A DNA stretch of 64,000 bases from Myxococcota bacterium (GTDB lineage Bacteria > Myxococcota_A > SURF-8). Shown here piece by piece: positions 38,180 through 50,782 of the stretch. Position 1 is the first letter of the stretch, and each line of letters begins with the position of its first letter. Both the position numbers and the translations under genes were made by a program. The notes below the pieces were generated by a model. It saw only the letters and a list, made by a program, of their open reading frames with translations, searched no databases and was not told where the DNA came from. The stretch spans positions 4,768,001 to 4,832,000 of the forward strand of contig OZ223209.1 of the NCBI GenBank assembly GCA_965140415.1, written 5' to 3'.

Positions 38180-39997
38180 CTACACACGACGTGCCGTGGC
38201 TTGTGGTTCCTTTTTCCGGTTTTCAATTGCAGTGACCGCACGATCCGCCAGATCGACATCGATCTCACAACGAGTCGCGTTTTCACCCAACTCGATTTTG
38301 CCCACGGCGCCGCGCTTGATTCCCGCTGTTTGGCAAACAAAAGCAACAGCATCTTTGGGGTGTTTTATTCCCTGTTCAGTGCCCAGAGAAAACACGATCC
38401 AGCTTTTCGGCTTGGGTTCGCGCGGTTCGGATTTACGCGCAGAAGAGGATATGCTTTCCTTCGGCTTGCGAGTACGCGGCTTGCGATCCGATTGACTGCG
38501 TTGCTGGGAGCGACCGCCACGCCCACGAGACGCACTCTGCTGACGCTCCAGTTTTTCCTTGATGTCTTTCTTTCCCAGCAGCATCGGTCGCACGAAAAGA
38601 CGATCTTTAACTTCCGGCTGGTCAGGATCGTAGCCCTGCGCAAAATCCCAACCATGCTGGCGCAGCAGGGTCAACAAACCGGCTACGGCAGGATAGGCAT
38701 CCATCGATTCCAGGATATCGTCGGCGTAGACCGAGAGATCATCCGGGTACTCTTCGGTTTCCATCGCCTTAAGGCGCTCCAGGAAGTACTTTTTAACGTT
38801 GACATCCACTTCTTTTTTTGTCGGTACCGGTCGTTCTTCGAACGGCATCCCCAATTTCTTTTTAAGCGTGCCGATGGCCAGCAAATCCGCAGGGGACACC
38901 AGTGAAATCGCAACACCCGTGCGTCCGGCGCGCCCGGTACGTCCGGTGCGATGCAGATACAATTCCTGGTTTTCCGGCAGGTCGTAGTTGATGACATGCG
39001 ACACTCCGAAAATATCGATGCCACGCGCGGCAACGTCCGTCGCCACCAGGATGTCGATCATCCCCCCTTTGAACATGTCGAGTGTGCGCGTGCGCACCGA
39101 CTGAGACAAATCGCCGGAGAGGAAACCGACGGCAAAACCTTCCTGGTTCAAATATTCCGCCACGTTTTCGACTTCGATCTTCTGGTTGCAGAAAACCAAC
39201 ACCTTGGTGCGCGGAATACTGTGCAGTACATTGACCAGACAGGCAAATTTGTACAAGGTTTGTACGCGGTAGTACACGTGCTTGATGTCGTAATTAATCG
39301 ATAATCCCGCTTTTCCGATGGTCATGGTTTCCGGCTCGTTTAAATGCCGCATAGCCAGACCACGAATGGCGTTAGGTAAAGTTGCACTGAAAAGCATGGT
39401 CTGCTTCTTTTTAGAAGTCTGCTCCAAAATGCGCGTCACATCGGGCAAAAAACCACGATCCAGCATTTCGTCCGCTTCATCTAAAACAACCATCCAGGCG
39501 CGGTCCAGTTTCAAGACACCACGATTGATCAGATCGAGAATGCGTCCAGGCGTTCCCACGACCAGCTTGGCTCCGGCTTGGATGCGGTCGATTTGCGCCC
39601 GGATGCTGGCGCCGCCATAAATCGGAACGACCGTTTTATTGCCCAGTTCACCCGCACGGGTGATCTCCTCGGCAACTTGCACCGCCAGTTCACGAGTAGG
39701 GCTAAGCACCAAAGCTTGAATCTCATTCTTGGTTTCGTCCAGGCGTTCCAGAATCGGCAACCCGAATGCCAGGGTTTTTCCCGATCCCGTTTTCGCCTGC
39801 ACCATCAGATCCACACCGGCCTGTACGCGCGGAATGGCCTTGACTTGCACTTCGGTCGGATGCGCAAAGCCCATACGCGCCACCGCTTCGCGACTGGTTG
39901 GGCTAAGCTCCAAGTCGTCCCAACTAAGATCTTCCATGGAAATATCGCCGTGATTCTCCGAAGAATCGCCGGAAACGGATCCGTTGTCGTTCGTCAT
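38180..39997 (-). CDS. deaD: DEAD-box RNA helicase with DbpA-type C-terminal domain (DeaD/CshA-like)
   Basis: KTGSGKT, PTRELA, GTPGR, DEAD, SAT, ARGID, HRTGRTGRAG. Confidence 0.9.
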   Translation of the reverse strand: MTNDNGSVSGDSSENHGDISMEDLSWDDLELSPTSREAVARMGFAHPTEVQVKAIPRVQAGVDLMVQAKTGSGKTLAFGLPILERLDETKNEIQALVLSPTRELAVQVAEEITRAGELGNKTVVPIYGGASIRAQIDRIQAGAKLVVGTPGRILDLINRGVLKLDRAWMVVLDEADEMLDRGFLPDVTRILEQTSKKKQTMLFSATLPNAIRGLAMRHLNEPETMTIGKAGLSINYDIKHVYYRVQTLYKFACLVNVLHSIPRTKVLVFCNQKIEVENVAEYLNQEGFAVGFLSGDLSQSVRTRTLDMFKGGMIDILVATDVAARGIDIFGVSHVINYDLPENQELYLHRTGRTGRAGRTGVAISLVSPADLLAIGTLKKKLGMPFEERPVPTKKEVDVNVKKYFLERLKAMETEEYPDDLSVYADDILESMDAYPAVAGLLTLLRQHGWDFAQGYDPDQPEVKDRLFVRPMLLGKKDIKEKLERQQSASRGRGGRSQQRSQSDRKPRTRKPKESISSSARKSEPREPKPKSWIVFSLGTEQGIKHPKDAVAFVCQTAGIKRGAVGKIELGENATRCEIDVDLADRAVTAIENRKKEPQATARRV

Positions 39998-40043
39998 GAT
40001 AGGTTCGTCCTTTCAGGTGGCAGACGAACGAAAGGGACGGCGT

Positions 40044-40634
40044 TTATCGGCTGGTTTCCACGAGGTTGAGGAAATAGCGATGTAAGCGGTCATCATTCGT
40101 CAGCTCAGGGTGAAAACTCGTGGCCATAAACTGTTTATAGCGCACGAATACCGCCTCTCCGTTCACTTCGGCCAACACCTCGATATTTTGGTTTTCGGGC
40201 TTCAACAGCGGCGCACGAATGAACACCGCCGTATATGCCTGTTCAAAACCAAGGATCGGAATGTCGGCCTCGAAGCTTTCACGCTGGCGGCCAAAAGCGT
40301 TGCGAACGGCGGTCATGGGCAGCAGCTTCAACAGCGGCTGGTCCATCTCGCGCCCTCGCTCGGTCACGTGCTGCGCAAGCAGAATCGCTCCCGCACACGT
40401 TCCCCAAATCGGCAGCCCATCTTCCCCAAGCTGCCGAACCGGTTCCAATAGTTTCCATTCCACCAGCAACTTACCGATTGTCGTCGATTCGCCGCCGGGG
40501 ATAATCAACCCGGAGATGCCCTCCAGGTGTTCAGGTAGCCGGATTTCCCGGCTTTCAACGCCCAATGCGCTCAGCATGTTGCGATGTTCGCGAAACGCGC
40601 CTTGCAGGGCTAAAACTCCAATTGTCAACGACAT
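40044..40634 (-). CDS. pdxT: PLP synthase glutaminase subunit
   Basis: GVLALQGAF.EH, PGGESTT, GTCAG, RNAFGRQ, FIRAP, FHPEL. Confidence 0.96.
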   Translation of the reverse strand: MSLTIGVLALQGAFREHRNMLSALGVESREIRLPEHLEGISGLIIPGGESTTIGKLLVEWKLLEPVRQLGEDGLPIWGTCAGAILLAQHVTERGREMDQPLLKLLPMTAVRNAFGRQRESFEADIPILGFEQAYTAVFIRAPLLKPENQNIEVLAEVNGEAVFVRYKQFMATSFHPELTNDDRLHRYFLNLVETSR

Positions 40635-40716
40635 CACCCGCTCACAATGAGAAAGTCGGGGACGCAGTGTCCCCGACGAACTTTGCTTGAAACATCTACA
40701 GCAAAAACAGTGTCTG

Positions 40717-41604
40717 TTACCAGCCGCGATTGGCGATCTGGTCTTTTTCGTCCAGGCTGCTTACATTGATGCCGACCATGGCTTCGCCCAGGTTCTTGCT
40801 GACTTCGGCAATGATCTTGGGATCGTTGTAATGCGTTACCGCCTGAACGATGGCTTTGGCGCGCTGAGCCGGATTACCCGATTTGAAGATGCCGGAACCG
40901 ACGAACACGCCGTCCAGGCCCAGCTGCATCATCATGGCCGCATCTGCCGGAGTGGCGATACCGCCTGCCGCGAAATTGACTACCGGCAGTTTGCCGTTTT
41001 CATGAACCCAGCGCACCAACTCGTAAGGAGCGCCCATGTTCTTGGCTTCACTCATCAATTCTTCTTCAGGCATCGCCTTCAAGCGTTTGATGCCGCCCAG
41101 CACCGCGCGTGCGTGGCGCACAGCCTCGACGACGTCGCCGGTGCCCGCTTCACCCTTGGTGCGAATCATGGCCGCACCTTCGGAAATGCGACGCAATGCT
41201 TCGGCCAATACACGACAACCGCAAACGAAGGGAATCTTGTAATTCCACTTGTTGATGTGATGTTCTTCATCCGCCGGAGTCAGAACTTCCGATTCGTCGA
41301 TATAATCGATTCCCAGCGATTCGAGCACTTGCGCTTCCACGAAATGACCGATGCGCGCTTTAGCCATAACCGGAATACTGACCGACTTCATGATTTCTTC
41401 GATGATCGTCGGATCGGACATGCGCGCTACACCGCCCTGTACACGAATATCCGCCGGAACGCGTTCCAGCGCCATAACGGCTACCGCACCGGCTTCCTCG
41501 GCAATCTTCGCCTGCTCCGAATTGGTGACATCCATAATGACGCCGCCCTTGAGCATTTCCGCATGACCTGTCTTCACTCGCAGAGTGCCTTCGTATTTTT
41601 CCAT
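40717..41604 (-). CDS. pdxS: PLP synthase lyase subunit
   Basis: [48 protein letters not shown]. Confidence 0.98.
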   Translation of the reverse strand: MEKYEGTLRVKTGHAEMLKGGVIMDVTNSEQAKIAEEAGAVAVMALERVPADIRVQGGVARMSDPTIIEEIMKSVSIPVMAKARIGHFVEAQVLESLGIDYIDESEVLTPADEEHHINKWNYKIPFVCGCRVLAEALRRISEGAAMIRTKGEAGTGDVVEAVRHARAVLGGIKRLKAMPEEELMSEAKNMGAPYELVRWVHENGKLPVVNFAAGGIATPADAAMMMQLGLDGVFVGSGIFKSGNPAQRAKAIVQAVTHYNDPKIIAEVSKNLGEAMVGINVSSLDEKDQIANRGW

Positions 41605-41717
41605 CGCTTCCTACTCCAATCAAGAAATGCGTGATTAAAACCGTAACCGGGCGGCATTATAAGGACCAAGGAGGCTGCTGTCAACACCCAACTCTACCTT
41701 GATTACACCGTTTTTTC

Positions 41718-42590
41718 CTATTCGGGATTTCTAGTGTCGGAAGCATCGGAAGAAGAAGACAACGGCTCCGTTTCATCCGGTTCACCTTCATCCCCCTCCT
41801 CTGCCGTTTTGCGTTTGAAAGTCAAGAGCAAACGCGAGCCCCAGATACCGACTTCATACAGAAATAACAAGGGGATCGCAAACAGGGCCTGCGTCCAGGG
41901 ATCGGGCGGGGTCATGATTCCAGCGAGGATGAAAATCACCACAATAGCGTACTTCCGCTGCTTGGCGAACCATTGTGGAGTGGTCACACCGACCCAATTG
42001 GTAATGATCATGAATAATGGCGTTTCAAAGGCAACACCGAAGGCAAAGAGCAGAGAGGCAGTGAAGCCGATATGCTCCTTTAATGCGATCTGAAGCTTGT
42101 CCGTGGCCGCCGCCGCATCCGGCAGGTTCTGCCCTAACAAAAGCAATTCGCTGCCACCCTGGCTGTACTGCACCAGCACGGAGAATCCCAGGGGCATCAC
42201 CATGAAATAACAGAACAAAACCCCTAGAATGAAAAAGAAAGTCGAAGAAAACAGAACCGGCAATGCCAATCGTTTTTCATGGGTGTATAAACCGGGAGCG
42301 ATGAACAGCCAAATTTGTAATAAAATATAAGGCGCGGCCAGAAACAGCGCTCCGATCATGGCCACTTTCAGGTCGATGAAGAATTTATCCAGCACTTTCA
42401 ACAAGATGGTATGACGAAGTTCTTCGGGCAAGGCGTCCAGCAAAGGCTTTTTCAGGATGTAAAGCAGATCCCGACGAAAAAACCAGCTCACGGTAAATGC
42501 GATAAACAAGGCGATGACGGAATGAACCAGGCGGGAACGAAGTTCTTCCAGATGGCCGATCAGAGTCATTTGCGCATCGTCGCCGCTCAC
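41718..42590 (-). CDS. tatC: Twin-arginine translocase TatC
   Basis: HLEELR, WLFIAPGLY..EK, FGVAFETP, TPPDP, LYE; start probably GTG 42590 (track 42605). Confidence 0.95.
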   Translation of the reverse strand: MSGDDAQMTLIGHLEELRSRLVHSVIALFIAFTVSWFFRRDLLYILKKPLLDALPEELRHTILLKVLDKFFIDLKVAMIGALFLAAPYILLQIWLFIAPGLYTHEKRLALPVLFSSTFFFILGVLFCYFMVMPLGFSVLVQYSQGGSELLLLGQNLPDAAAATDKLQIALKEHIGFTASLLFAFGVAFETPLFMIITNWVGVTTPQWFAKQRKYAIVVIFILAGIMTPPDPWTQALFAIPLLFLYEVGIWGSRLLLTFKRKTAEEGDEGEPDETEPLSSSSDASDTRNPE

Positions 42591-42601
42591 AATCGCACCT
42601 T

Positions 42602-42988
42602 TCAACTACCCGATTTCTCGGACTGTTCTTTTTCGACTGGCCCTTCCGATTCGGACGTTTGCGTTACAGCTTCCGGCGTATGTTGTGCGGATGCAGTCGA
42701 ATCGGGAGCGGAAGAATCGGATGCGGCAGGTTCGGCTTTGGATGGTTCATCCTTTGAATTTTCCTGCGTTTCAGGCTCTGGCAACGCCGCTTTAGGGGGA
42801 TCGCTCGGCGTAACATCCCGGAAGGGAGCGTCTAAGTCGGCGGCGCTTTTGATGTCGTTGGTCGCCCGCCGGAATTCTCGCAACCCCTTGCCCAACATCT
42901 GAGCGATTTCAGGCAGTTTGGACGGTCCGATGAAAATCAGAGCAATGCCCAGAATGATCAGAATTTCCCACATGCCTAGCCCAAACAC
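42602..42988 (-). CDS. tatB: TatA/TatB family subunit (long tail, TatB-like)
   Basis: FGLGMWE...IALIFIGPSKLPE...GKGLREFRR; GGAGG before GTG 42988; directly upstream of tatC. Confidence 0.8.
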   Translation of the reverse strand: MFGLGMWEILIILGIALIFIGPSKLPEIAQMLGKGLREFRRATNDIKSAADLDAPFRDVTPSDPPKAALPEPETQENSKDEPSKAEPAASDSSAPDSTASAQHTPEAVTQTSESEGPVEKEQSEKSGS

Positions 42989-43001
42989 GTGCGCCTCCGT
43001 C

Positions 43002-45515
<2,514 letters not shown>

Positions 45516-45716
45516 ATGTTTACTCACCTCCGGACCGGGGGAGTATACCGGAAGTTGCCCCCACACGACAAGGAAATTGGCGATTCAATCGAATTCTGGC
45601 GTTGGCCGGAGAATGGAACTCTGCTATAATGAGGACTTCATCATGTTGAACGGGGGGTGACCAGGCGATCGTCTGTAGGCGGTCTTCGTATTACCAGTGC
45701 TGGGTGGAGGAAAACC

Positions 45717-47381
45717 ATGTGTGGAATCGCGTGTATTCTGGGCGGACACGGTGAAACTTCGGAGTTGCGGGAGCGCGCTGTGGAAATGGCGAGGACCATC
45801 CGGCATCGCGGTCCGGATTGGAGCGGTGTCTATGCAGATAATTTCGCGGTGCTGGCTCATGAAAGGCTTTCCATTGTTGATGTCGAGCACGGCGCACAAC
45901 CGTTAACGAACCGGGACGAAAACCTCGTGCTGGCCGTCAACGGCGAGATCTACAATCACCGCGCCCTGCGCCGCCAATTGAGCGATTACGATTTTAAAAC
46001 CGGTTCCGACTGCGAAGTGATTCTTCCCCTTTACGAACGCGGCGATCTGGAATTCCTGAATGAACTCAACGGCATCTTCGCCTTTGTGCTTTATGACAAG
46101 AAAACTTCGGATTTTTTGATTGCGCGCGACCCGATCGGTGTCAATCCGCTGTTCACCGGGCGTGATGAAAACGGCAATCTGTACGTCGCCTCCGAAATGA
46201 AAGCGCTGATGGCCTATTGCCGGGTGATCGAAGATTTTCCTCCAGGACATTATCTGACCGGCAAAATGTCTAAACCGGAACCGTACTATCGGCCTTCGTG
46301 GACGACATACGAAGCGGTTAAGGAACAAGCGCTCGATCTAGTGAAATTAAGGACGGAACTGGAACGGGCTGTCAAGCGGCAACTCATGTGCGACGTACCC
46401 TATGGCGTGCTGCTTTCCGGCGGGCTGGATTCATCGCTGATTGCGGCCATCGCCGCGAAATATTCGGCAAAGCGAATTGAAGATGACGACAACTCTCAGG
46501 CCTGGTGGCCGCAGTTGCATTCCTTCGCCATCGGCTTGGAAGGCTCGCCGGATCTCGACGCCGCGCGCAAAGTGGCCGAGGCCATCAATACGGTTCATCA
46601 TGAATTCGTCTTTACCGTGCAAGAGGGGCTGGATGCCCTTCAAGACGTGATACGGCATATTGAAACCTATGATATTACTACGATTAGGGCTTCCACGCCC
46701 ATGTACCTGATGGCTCGTCGGATCAAGGCCATGGGGATCAAGATGGTGCTTTCCGGCGAAGGGTCGGACGAAATTTTCGGTGGGTACCTCTATTTTCACA
46801 AGGCCCCCTCCGCCGTGGCGCTTCATGAAGAAACGGTTCGCAAACTGAACAACCTGTACAAGTTCGATTGTCTTAGGGCGAACAAATCGATGTCCGCCTG
46901 GGGCGTTGAAGTGCGCGTTCCGTTTTTGGACCGTGAATTTCTCGACACCGCAATGAGTTTCGATCCCGCGGAAAAAATGACAAGCGGCGAGCGGATGGAA
47001 AAATATCCGCTGCGAAAAGCCTTTGATGGCATGCTGCCTCATGAAGTTCTATGGCGTCAGAAAGAACAGTTCTCCGACGGCGTCGGGTATGGCTGGATCG
47101 ACGCGCTGCGCGAAACGGCGGAACAAGCCGTTACCGACAATCAACTGGCGCACGCGGATTTCAGATTCCCTCACAACACACCCGTCACCAAAGAAGGGTA
47201 TTTCTACAGGCAGATCTTCGATTCCATTTTCCCAGGGGAACAGGCCGCTTCCGTCGTTCCGGGTGGACCGAGCATCGCCTGTAGCAGTCCGGTGGCCATC
47301 GAATGGGATCGCGCTTTTGCTGCAAACGCCGACCCTTCAGGCCGTGCGGTGCGCGACGTTCACCGGAAGCCGAATTCTTGA
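45717..47381 (+). CDS. asnB: Asparagine synthase B (glutamine-hydrolyzing)
   Basis: MCGI start, HRGPDWSG, NGEIYNH, LSGGLDSS, SGEGSDE, WRQKEQFSDGVG, DPSGR. Confidence 0.97.
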   Translation: MCGIACILGGHGETSELRERAVEMARTIRHRGPDWSGVYADNFAVLAHERLSIVDVEHGAQPLTNRDENLVLAVNGEIYNHRALRRQLSDYDFKTGSDCEVILPLYERGDLEFLNELNGIFAFVLYDKKTSDFLIARDPIGVNPLFTGRDENGNLYVASEMKALMAYCRVIEDFPPGHYLTGKMSKPEPYYRPSWTTYEAVKEQALDLVKLRTELERAVKRQLMCDVPYGVLLSGGLDSSLIAAIAAKYSAKRIEDDDNSQAWWPQLHSFAIGLEGSPDLDAARKVAEAINTVHHEFVFTVQEGLDALQDVIRHIETYDITTIRASTPMYLMARRIKAMGIKMVLSGEGSDEIFGGYLYFHKAPSAVALHEETVRKLNNLYKFDCLRANKSMSAWGVEVRVPFLDREFLDTAMSFDPAEKMTSGERMEKYPLRKAFDGMLPHEVLWRQKEQFSDGVGYGWIDALRETAEQAVTDNQLAHADFRFPHNTPVTKEGYFYRQIFDSIFPGEQAASVVPGGPSIACSSPVAIEWDRAFAANADPSGRAVRDVHRKPNS

Positions 47382-47413
47382 TGATGGCTCGCGCGCCGAT
47401 AAAGGCTTACATC

Positions 47414-48331
47414 TTACATGAAGTATCCAAGAATGTAACGCAGGGCCAGTAGCGTCACGCCCAGTCCCAGTATGGCTTTGATGATCGCCTGTGGCACGTA
47501 ACGTTGAATGCGCGCGCCGGTATAGGTGCCCGCCAATCCACCCAACCCGAACAGGCCACCCAGTGCCCAGTCCGGCATTATCGCCACTCCGGTTTGAGAG
47601 TACATCGGCGCGACCAGGGCGAAAAAAGCCACTGCGAACGTGGAGGTGAACAGCGTTCCCAATAGGCACGCCCCGGCAATGGTGTATACCGGCAGCTTCG
47701 CAAAACTGATCAGAATCGGGGCCAATAACGCTCCGCCGCCTACACCGTATGCACCGCCTAAAATCCCGACCGCAGCGGACAAGCCGAACAGCCACAGCAC
47801 ACCCACGGAATAGGTTTCGCCGCCAAAGGCATACTCAAAGCGATGCCAGCGCCAGCGGAGCACTTCGATTTCCGTAACCGGTACCGCAGCCTGCTTCTCG
47901 GTTTTGGCCGATAAGCCCAGCCGCTGGGCAATGGGCAGAAGTACATTCTCTACCAGCATGCGTCCGCTGATCAATAACAGTACGCCCCCCACGAACAACT
48001 TGAACAATGTGGGATCGGGCATGTATTCGATGCGTAGCCAGCTTCCCAGCGCCGCACCGGGTAAAGTTCCCAGTGTAATCACCAGAGCCAACGGCCACAA
48101 CATGCGGCCCTCGCGAATAAAGCGATAAACGCCACCAGGAATGGCAACGATGTTGTAAAGATGATTGGTGGGCGTAACCGCCGGGCTGGTAAAACCGAGC
48201 ACGCTCATTTGAAAGGGCAGCAATAAAAACGCGCCGCTCACGCCGCCGGTAGAAACTACCGCCGCAATGGCAAACGTGATCAACGGAGGCAAATACCAGG
48301 CGATCTCGACACCAGACGTTTCAAACAACAT
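47414..48331 (-). CDS. TauE/SafE (TSUP) family exporter
   Basis: GGVSGAFLLLP and YGVGGGALLAP repeats, multiple TM; GGAGGAG RBS before ATG 48331. Confidence 0.85.
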   Translation of the reverse strand: MLFETSGVEIAWYLPPLITFAIAAVVSTGGVSGAFLLLPFQMSVLGFTSPAVTPTNHLYNIVAIPGGVYRFIREGRMLWPLALVITLGTLPGAALGSWLRIEYMPDPTLFKLFVGGVLLLISGRMLVENVLLPIAQRLGLSAKTEKQAAVPVTEIEVLRWRWHRFEYAFGGETYSVGVLWLFGLSAAVGILGGAYGVGGGALLAPILISFAKLPVYTIAGACLLGTLFTSTFAVAFFALVAPMYSQTGVAIMPDWALGGLFGLGGLAGTYTGARIQRYVPQAIIKAILGLGVTLLALRYILGYFM

Positions 48332-48475
48332 GAAAATCTCCTCCAAATCCGTTGGAAGCATACAAAGTATAATATTTCCACGAATTAATATCAAAAGTCC
48401 TTTCATGAAGCTTTTTGCACTTTTTTTTCATCCAACAATCGCACAATCGGACACTTATTGTCTGGAGGTGGTAGT

Positions 48476-48853
48476 ATGGAACGAATCGAGCAACCGAACC
48501 GCAAGCAGCCTGCTTCTCCCCTGGACCCGGTGCGATTGGCATTACGCTGGGCGAACATTGCCTATTTGCTGTCGTTGCAAATCCCCTTCGGCAGTATGTT
48601 TTTGAATGATGATCTGGCCAAAGAAGCCGCTGGGCTGCCTTTTCTCGTTGGGCAGTTGATCAGCCGCCAACGAACCGATAACCTGCGCAACATCCGGCAT
48701 CGCATCGAACGCGGGCAGCAGTCGTTGCAGCACCTGCTGCGCGCCAAACTGTTAGACGAGAAGGATTATCGCACCAGCGCGGAGTTATTGAGCCGGTTGC
48801 AAGCGAAAATAGACGAATTCGTGCAGCAGCCGCAAAGTAGCGCCGTCGGCTAA
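48476..48853 (+). CDS. Small helical protein, divergent four-helix-bundle (23S IVP/bAvd-like)
   Basis: GGAGG RBS; LDPVRLALRW...IP.G..L.DDL...A..LP pattern resembles that family. Confidence 0.5.
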   Translation: MERIEQPNRKQPASPLDPVRLALRWANIAYLLSLQIPFGSMFLNDDLAKEAAGLPFLVGQLISRQRTDNLRNIRHRIERGQQSLQHLLRAKLLDEKDYRTSAELLSRLQAKIDEFVQQPQSSAVG

Positions 48854-48887
48854 GCAACGATACTTTCAGGCTGCAATGATTTCGCGC

Positions 48888-50612
48888 TTACAATTCCCAC
48901 ACCACATAGCCATAGGGCGGCAGGGTGACGGAATAGGAAGCGGCGCTGTCTGCACGTAGCACCGGAGGCGTTTCTTGGGCGACCAGCACCTTCGCCTCGC
49001 CGCTCACACGCGAATTCAGATTCAGCTTGACCGGCTGCTCCTCCTCCGAGAAGTTGATCAGCACGACCGCGCTTTTTCCGTCCAACTCGCGGGCATAAGC
49101 CATCACGCGCTTGTCTTCCCCATCGAAGGATAACTGATCGAACGATCCCGCACCGAATATACCTAAGCGGTTACGCTCGGCGATTAACGTGCGATGCAAA
49201 GCCAATAACGAGTCGGGATCATCCTGTTGCGTAGCCACGTTAGCGCTCTCCGCACCCGGAGCCGCAGCCAGCCAAGGCGTACCACTGGTAAACCCGACGC
49301 CGTCTCCTGCCTGCCAGGGCATGGGTGTGCGCGACTGATCCCGCTTGTCCACCACGATATCCGAACCGTTGGTTAGCCCGACTTCGTCGCCGTAGTACAT
49401 CACCGGAGTGCCGGGCAAGGTCAGCAGCATCACTGCCGCAGCAGCAGCCCGCCTGAAATCGTCTCCCACCGTACCCATCACACGGGGCTGATCGTGGCTG
49501 GAAAGCCACAGGCCAAGCTGCGCCCCTTCAGGCAACGGTTCCTGCGCAATCGCCAACTGATCGGTTACCAGATTGGGACTGTCGTACATGCACGCACCCT
49601 GCATCCCGACGCTCAGATTGAGGCTGAAACTCATGTGAAATTCGTTCGTACCATCACCGAAGTATTCGGCGGTTTCTTCCGGTAAGGACCAGGTTTCCGC
49701 CAACGACGCCTTGTTGTCGTATTCCTCCAGCACCGCGCGTAAATCCTGCAAGAAAGCATGGGTCAAGGGGTGATTCTGGCACAGGAAGTTATTCGGATCG
49801 GTTTCGGGCGTATCTTCCACGAGCGTCATGATGGCATCCACCCGGTAGCCGTCCAGGCCCTTATCCAGCCAGAAACGCACGACATCCAACATAGCAGCTT
49901 TGACTTCCGGGTTGCGGTAGTTCAAGTCCGGCTGTTGGGGATAGAACTGATGAAAATAATATTCACCGGTGGTATCGTCCAGTTCCCAGCCGCTCTCGCC
50001 GAAAACGCCGGGGTCCATGGGCGTACAGGGCAGATTCGGCTCCGCCGCCCACATGTACCAGTCGCGCTTGTCGTTATCCGTCGTGCTGCGCGATTCGACG
50101 AACCAGCTATGCTCGATACTGGTGTGATTCATCACCAGATCGCCGAACAGGCGGATGCCGCGTTGATGCGCCTGCTCGATCAATTCTTCCAGATCCTCCA
50201 TCGTGCCGTATTCGGGATTGATGGCCAGATAGTCGGCAACATCGTAGCCGCTGTCGAAATACGGGGTGGGATAGTAGGGAGTCAGCCACAACGCACCCAC
50301 ACCCAGATCCGCCAGATAATCCAGCTTTTCGGTAACGCCGCGCAAGTCGCCGATGCCGTCGCCATTGGTGTCGTTAAAGCTGCGCACCCAGATTTCGTAG
50401 AAAACGACGTGCTTGTACCAGTCCGGTCCGCTGTAGCGCTGCATCAGGTTGAGATCGTCACCGTCGCCATCCACGGCACCGTCACCTTCAATTTCGGAAA
50501 GCTCCGTATCCATATCGCCATCGGTCGTGGAGTCATCCCCATCGTCGCTACAGGCGTATAGCCCCATCAACGCCACCATCACCAATAACCCCATCACAGC
50601 CCATCGTTTCAT
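48888..50612 (-). CDS. GH13 alpha-amylase family lipoprotein
   Basis: LYAC lipobox; DTNGDGIGDL, DLVMNH, QPDLN, GYRVDA, AETW, SHD catalytic residues, YYGDE. Confidence 0.92.
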   Translation of the reverse strand: MKRWAVMGLLVMVALMGLYACSDDGDDSTTDGDMDTELSEIEGDGAVDGDGDDLNLMQRYSGPDWYKHVVFYEIWVRSFNDTNGDGIGDLRGVTEKLDYLADLGVGALWLTPYYPTPYFDSGYDVADYLAINPEYGTMEDLEELIEQAHQRGIRLFGDLVMNHTSIEHSWFVESRSTTDNDKRDWYMWAAEPNLPCTPMDPGVFGESGWELDDTTGEYYFHQFYPQQPDLNYRNPEVKAAMLDVVRFWLDKGLDGYRVDAIMTLVEDTPETDPNNFLCQNHPLTHAFLQDLRAVLEEYDNKASLAETWSLPEETAEYFGDGTNEFHMSFSLNLSVGMQGACMYDSPNLVTDQLAIAQEPLPEGAQLGLWLSSHDQPRVMGTVGDDFRRAAAAAVMLLTLPGTPVMYYGDEVGLTNGSDIVVDKRDQSRTPMPWQAGDGVGFTSGTPWLAAAPGAESANVATQQDDPDSLLALHRTLIAERNRLGIFGAGSFDQLSFDGEDKRVMAYARELDGKSAVVLINFSEEEQPVKLNLNSRVSGEAKVLVAQETPPVLRADSAASYSVTLPPYGYVVWEL

Positions 50613-50731
50613 CGTTTCACTCTCCACGTTTTAGCGTATCGTTGTCTGCGGATTTTCCCCGCAATATCGGACTCTATTGCCTTCACATTCCAGACCTACC
50701 ATACATTTCGGCTTTTACGCCATAAAATGCA

Positions 50732-50759
50732 GCGGACCGATCCTTTCGGACCGGTCCGC
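50732..50759 (-). terminator. Hairpin downstream of beta-propeller gene
   Basis: GCGGACCGATCC-TTTC-GGACCGGTCCGC. Confidence 0.55.
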
Positions 50760-50782
50760 ATCTCCTCCCGGTAAATCACGGC

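Noticed and set aside
48476-48853. Diversity-generating retroelement around the Avd-like gene
   Set aside because: No reverse transcriptase and no TR/VR pair noticed in the window
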